Of a stretch of DNA of 64,000 nt, positions 61,568 through 64,000 are shown piece by piece. Under the pieces are notes generated by a model. The model worked only from the letters and a program-made list of their open reading frames with translations, made no database searches and had not been told where the DNA came from. Positions within the stretch are counted from its first letter, which is position 1; every line of letters begins with the position of its first letter. A program made the translations under genes and the position numbers. Location: the NCBI GenBank assembly GCA_943789355.1, contig CALSTU010000002.1:135854-199853 (forward strand), given 5' to 3'. The DNA is from an uncultured Flavobacteriales bacterium. Its GTDB lineage: Bacteria; Bacteroidota; Bacteroidia; Flavobacteriales; UBA7430.

Positions 61568-62093
61568 TAAATTCTGGTTTTTCTTTTTTGGTAAAAGCAG
61601 CTACAATAAGGCCGAAAACGGTGTAGAAAACAATGGAAAAAATATAGCCTTTAAATAAGGTCATCGGACTGAAGTCTGCGTTTTGTTCGATGTCAACAAT
61701 CATACGCTCAATGGTCGCTTCATCAACGCCACCAGATTGTAGTTGTGTCGCAGTTTTTTCTACGATCGCTTCCACAACATCAATAGCGTACTGAGGGTCA
61801 ATAAAATTGTAAATCAAAATGTTGCAAAACACATTCAAAAAACCAGCAGCTACCAATATTCCCGTACAGGAAGTAAAAGCTTCTCTAAATGAAATATAAC
61901 CCTCGTTGGAGGATCTGTAAACCCGGGTGTAATAAATGGGGAAAACAACCATTAAAATAAGCGTACCAAAAGAAACGATGTAGTTGGTTTGCATCTCAGC
62001 ACCTCCAAGGTATGAAAACATCGTAATACCGATGAGAAGGAGACCCATATTTAAACCGTTCTTGAAGATGTGTTGCTTTAATTGTTCTGACAT
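61557..62093 (-). CDS. DUF4199-type four-TM membrane protein
   Basis: 178 aa. Three TM helices, a soluble helical loop of about 50 aa, then a fourth TM helix. 11-nt overlap with the GT2 start. Confidence 0.6.
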   Translation of the reverse strand: MSEQLKQHIFKNGLNMGLLLIGITMFSYLGGAEMQTNYIVSFGTLILMVVFPIYYTRVYRSSNEGYISFREAFTSCTGILVAAGFLNVFCNILIYNFIDPQYAIDVVEAIVEKTATQLQSGGVDEATIERMIVDIEQNADFSPMTLFKGYIFSIVFYTVFGLIVAAFTKKEKPEFIEE

Positions 62094-62158
62094 ATTTTAT
62101 ATTTTATGAAAACAAAGATAACAATCTGCCTCAAAGACGCAATCATTTCCACACAAAC

Positions 62159-62187
62159 AAAAAAAGCCACCCTTTCGGGTGGCTTTT
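62159..62187 (-). terminator. rho-independent terminator of the repeat-protein gene
   Basis: AGCCACCC-TTTC-GGGTGGCT stem-loop. The minus strand has a run of 7 T after the stem. It lies 22 nt below the frame-C stop at 62209-62211. Confidence 0.8.
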
Positions 62188-62208
62188 ATTATCTGTGATA
62201 GAGTAAGA

Positions 62209-64000
62209 TTATTTTACAATTTTCTTCTCTACGGTTCCATCGTTATACAAGTGTAGTAGAACTTCACCTGTAGAACTGATCTTTCGCATTTACTTCCTGA
62301 CCTAACATGTTCACAACTTTAACAAGTGATCTGATGTCGTTCGGATGTAATTCTGCTTCCATTTCAAATGCCCAAGCCGGTACCGTTGGTGTCATCTCTA
62401 CACGCTGCACCACTAACATCTGGCCAAGTGTAATTTGAGATCGCAGCTGTGGTCTTGATTTGGTAACCTTGTCCTGGAACAAAGTCTCCAATACCGTTGA
62501 AACCAAATTCTGGCCAGTATACTTTCGCATCGTTGTTTTTAACAATTTCAATGTCATCAACGATATCAGCAACTGTTGCAGCTACATCCTGACCGTAAGA
62601 AAGGGTGTAACCTAAGATGTTCCAACCCGCTACGATGTCTACGTAGATCGGATCACAAGATCCTCCGCCAGATCCTCCGCCGTTAGCTAAAGCAGCATCT
62701 AATAGTGCTTGTACAGCATCTATATCAGCTTGTGATACGCCATCATCTGGTGTTACAGAAGCAGCACCGTCACCATAACCGTAACCGTAGTTTGCATCAG
62801 CTACAGCTTGGTTGTCAGATGTGATATCTACGGCAGCTACGGCAGCATCTACATCAGCTTGTGATACGCCATCATCTGGTGTTACAGAAGCAGCACCGTC
62901 ACCATGACCGTAACCGCAGTTTGCATCAGCTACAGCTTGGTTGTCAGATGTGATATCTACGGCAGCTACGGCAGCATCTACATCAGCTTGTGATACGCCA
63001 TCATCTGGTGTTACTGAAGCAGCACCGTCACCATAACCGTAACCGTCATTTGCATCTGCTACAGCTTGGTTGTCAGTTGTGATATCTACGGCAGCTACGG
63101 CAGCATCTAAATCAGCTTGTGATACGCCATCATCTGGTGTTACAGAAGCAGCACCGTCTGCGTAAGCAGCAGAATTATCCGTAGTAATGTCTACTGCAGC
63201 TACTGCAGCATCTACATCAGCTTGAGTTACACCATCATCTGGAGTTACTGAAGCAGCGCCGTCTGCGTATGCAGCAGCATTATCCGTAGTAATATCGACT
63301 GCAGCTACGGCAGCATCTACATCAGCTTGTGATACGCCATCATCTGGAGTTACTGAGGCAACACCGTCTGCGTAAGCAGCAGCATTATCCGTAGTAATGT
63401 CTACTGCAGCTACTGCAGCATCTACATCAGCTTGAGTTACACCATCATCTGGAGTTACTGAGGCAACACCGTCTGCGTAAGCAGCAGCATTATCTGTAGT
63501 GATATCAACTGAAGCAACACCATCTGCATAAGCAGCATCAGCAATTGAAGCACTGTCTACTGGAGTACCTCCTGTAGCGGCAGCAATTAGAGAGTCAACG
63601 TAAGCTTGAGAATATTCACAAGAACCATCGTCAACATTTGCATCTGCATCCCAATGATTCAGAGCTAGTGTATCTGTACAACCTTCGATTTGACAAGAAC
63701 CGTCATCTTCATTCGCTGATGAATCGAAGTTTGACGCCTCTGGATTCGTACATCCAGAAACCACTGCTGCAGCGCCACCGAAGTAAAGGTTGTCGAAGAC
63801 TACATCTCCGTTACCGTCTACTTTGAACTGGATAACATTAGATAAGTTAACCGCACCTGCATAGTCAGACAATGGAATGTTCACACTGTTCCATACACCT
63901 GTGTTGGTCACATCTAAAGCTACAGAAGTCTCTCCGTTTCCAATCAAGAAGAAGTTCAAGGCTGTGGAGTTTGTTGTGTAGTAATCTACGTGAAGGTACT
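62209..64000 (-). pseudogene. large secreted repeat protein (T9SS cargo type); N-terminus beyond the right window edge; reading frame broken twice near the 3' end
   Basis: The main frame is open from 64000 to a TGA at 62364-62366. The T9SS-CTD-like sequence continues in a second frame (..FEMEAELHPNDIRSLVKVVNMLGQEVNAKDQ, stop 62264-62266). It then continues in a third frame (STGEVLLHLYNDGTVEKKIVK*, stop 62209-62211), directly followed by a terminator. Confidence 0.6.
62700..63535 (-). repeat. in-frame tandem repeats: about 4 x 105 nt and 3 x 129 nt plus a degenerate terminal copy
   Basis: Unit starts read off the plus strand at 62821/62950/63079 (129-nt period) and 63181/63286/63391/63496 (105-nt period). 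The copies are nearly identical. Confidence 0.9.

Noticed and set aside
62264-62572. Track ORF of 102 aa on the minus strand as an independent gene.
   Set aside because: Only its last 35 or so residues look like real protein (a T9SS CTD strand), and they continue the upstream repeat protein. The rest overlaps that gene out of frame. I treat it as a frameshifted fragment.
62700-63535. A regularly spaced repeat array that at first glance could be mistaken for a CRISPR or minisatellite locus.
   Set aside because: The repeats are contiguous with no unique spacers, have periods of 105 and 129 nt, stay in frame, and translate into a coherent acidic protein repeat within a long ORF.

Overview
This is an AT-rich, very gene-dense 64-kb chromosomal segment. 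It holds about 60 protein genes, mostly separated by less than 100 nt, with many 4-nt ATGA start/stop overlaps. The content points to a Bacteroidota, Flavobacteriia-like genome. The indicators are four secreted proteins ending in T9SS-type C-terminal sorting domains, a CarboxypepD_reg-type TonB-dependent receptor, GH3/DUF2797, DUF1573, DUF4199, DUF3276, an extended NusB, and TAnnTTTG -7 boxes. Most genes are housekeeping: rny, purB, yajC, nusB, ftsK, a lolA-like gene, gcvP, tsaB, gpmI, methylmalonyl-CoA mutase, murB, guaB, a string of PPIase chaperones, an M16 peptidase pair, and Mla-type ABC and TolC/MFP transport parts. I found no rRNA, tRNA, CRISPR array, transposase, integrase, prophage or recognisable defence genes. 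I do not see a convincing new multi-gene system, and the window reads as core genome. Seven things deserve a second look. (1) A large secreted protein gene at the right edge has near-identical acidic tandem repeats (105-nt and 129-nt periods), and its T9SS sorting domain is cut off by two frameshifts. (2) A roughly 170-185 nt strongly structured spacer lies between zapA and rny and looks like a 6S RNA. (3) Two diverged tandem paralogues encode T9SS cargo proteins of unknown function. (4) A multiply disrupted pirin (YhhW-like) pseudogene is present. (5) A GH3 gene and a zinc-ribbon DUF2797 gene are divergently paired. (6) A translationally coupled DUF4199-GT2-GT4 trio resembles a gtrA-gtrB layout. 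(7) Several orphan or divergent transport parts occur: TolC-MFP without a pump, an NRAMP-like carrier lacking the DPGN motif, and a 70-aa Cys-rich membrane protein. All product names come from recognising motifs and architecture by eye, since no database search was possible. Coordinates of features not anchored on the ORF track may be off by 1-2 nt.
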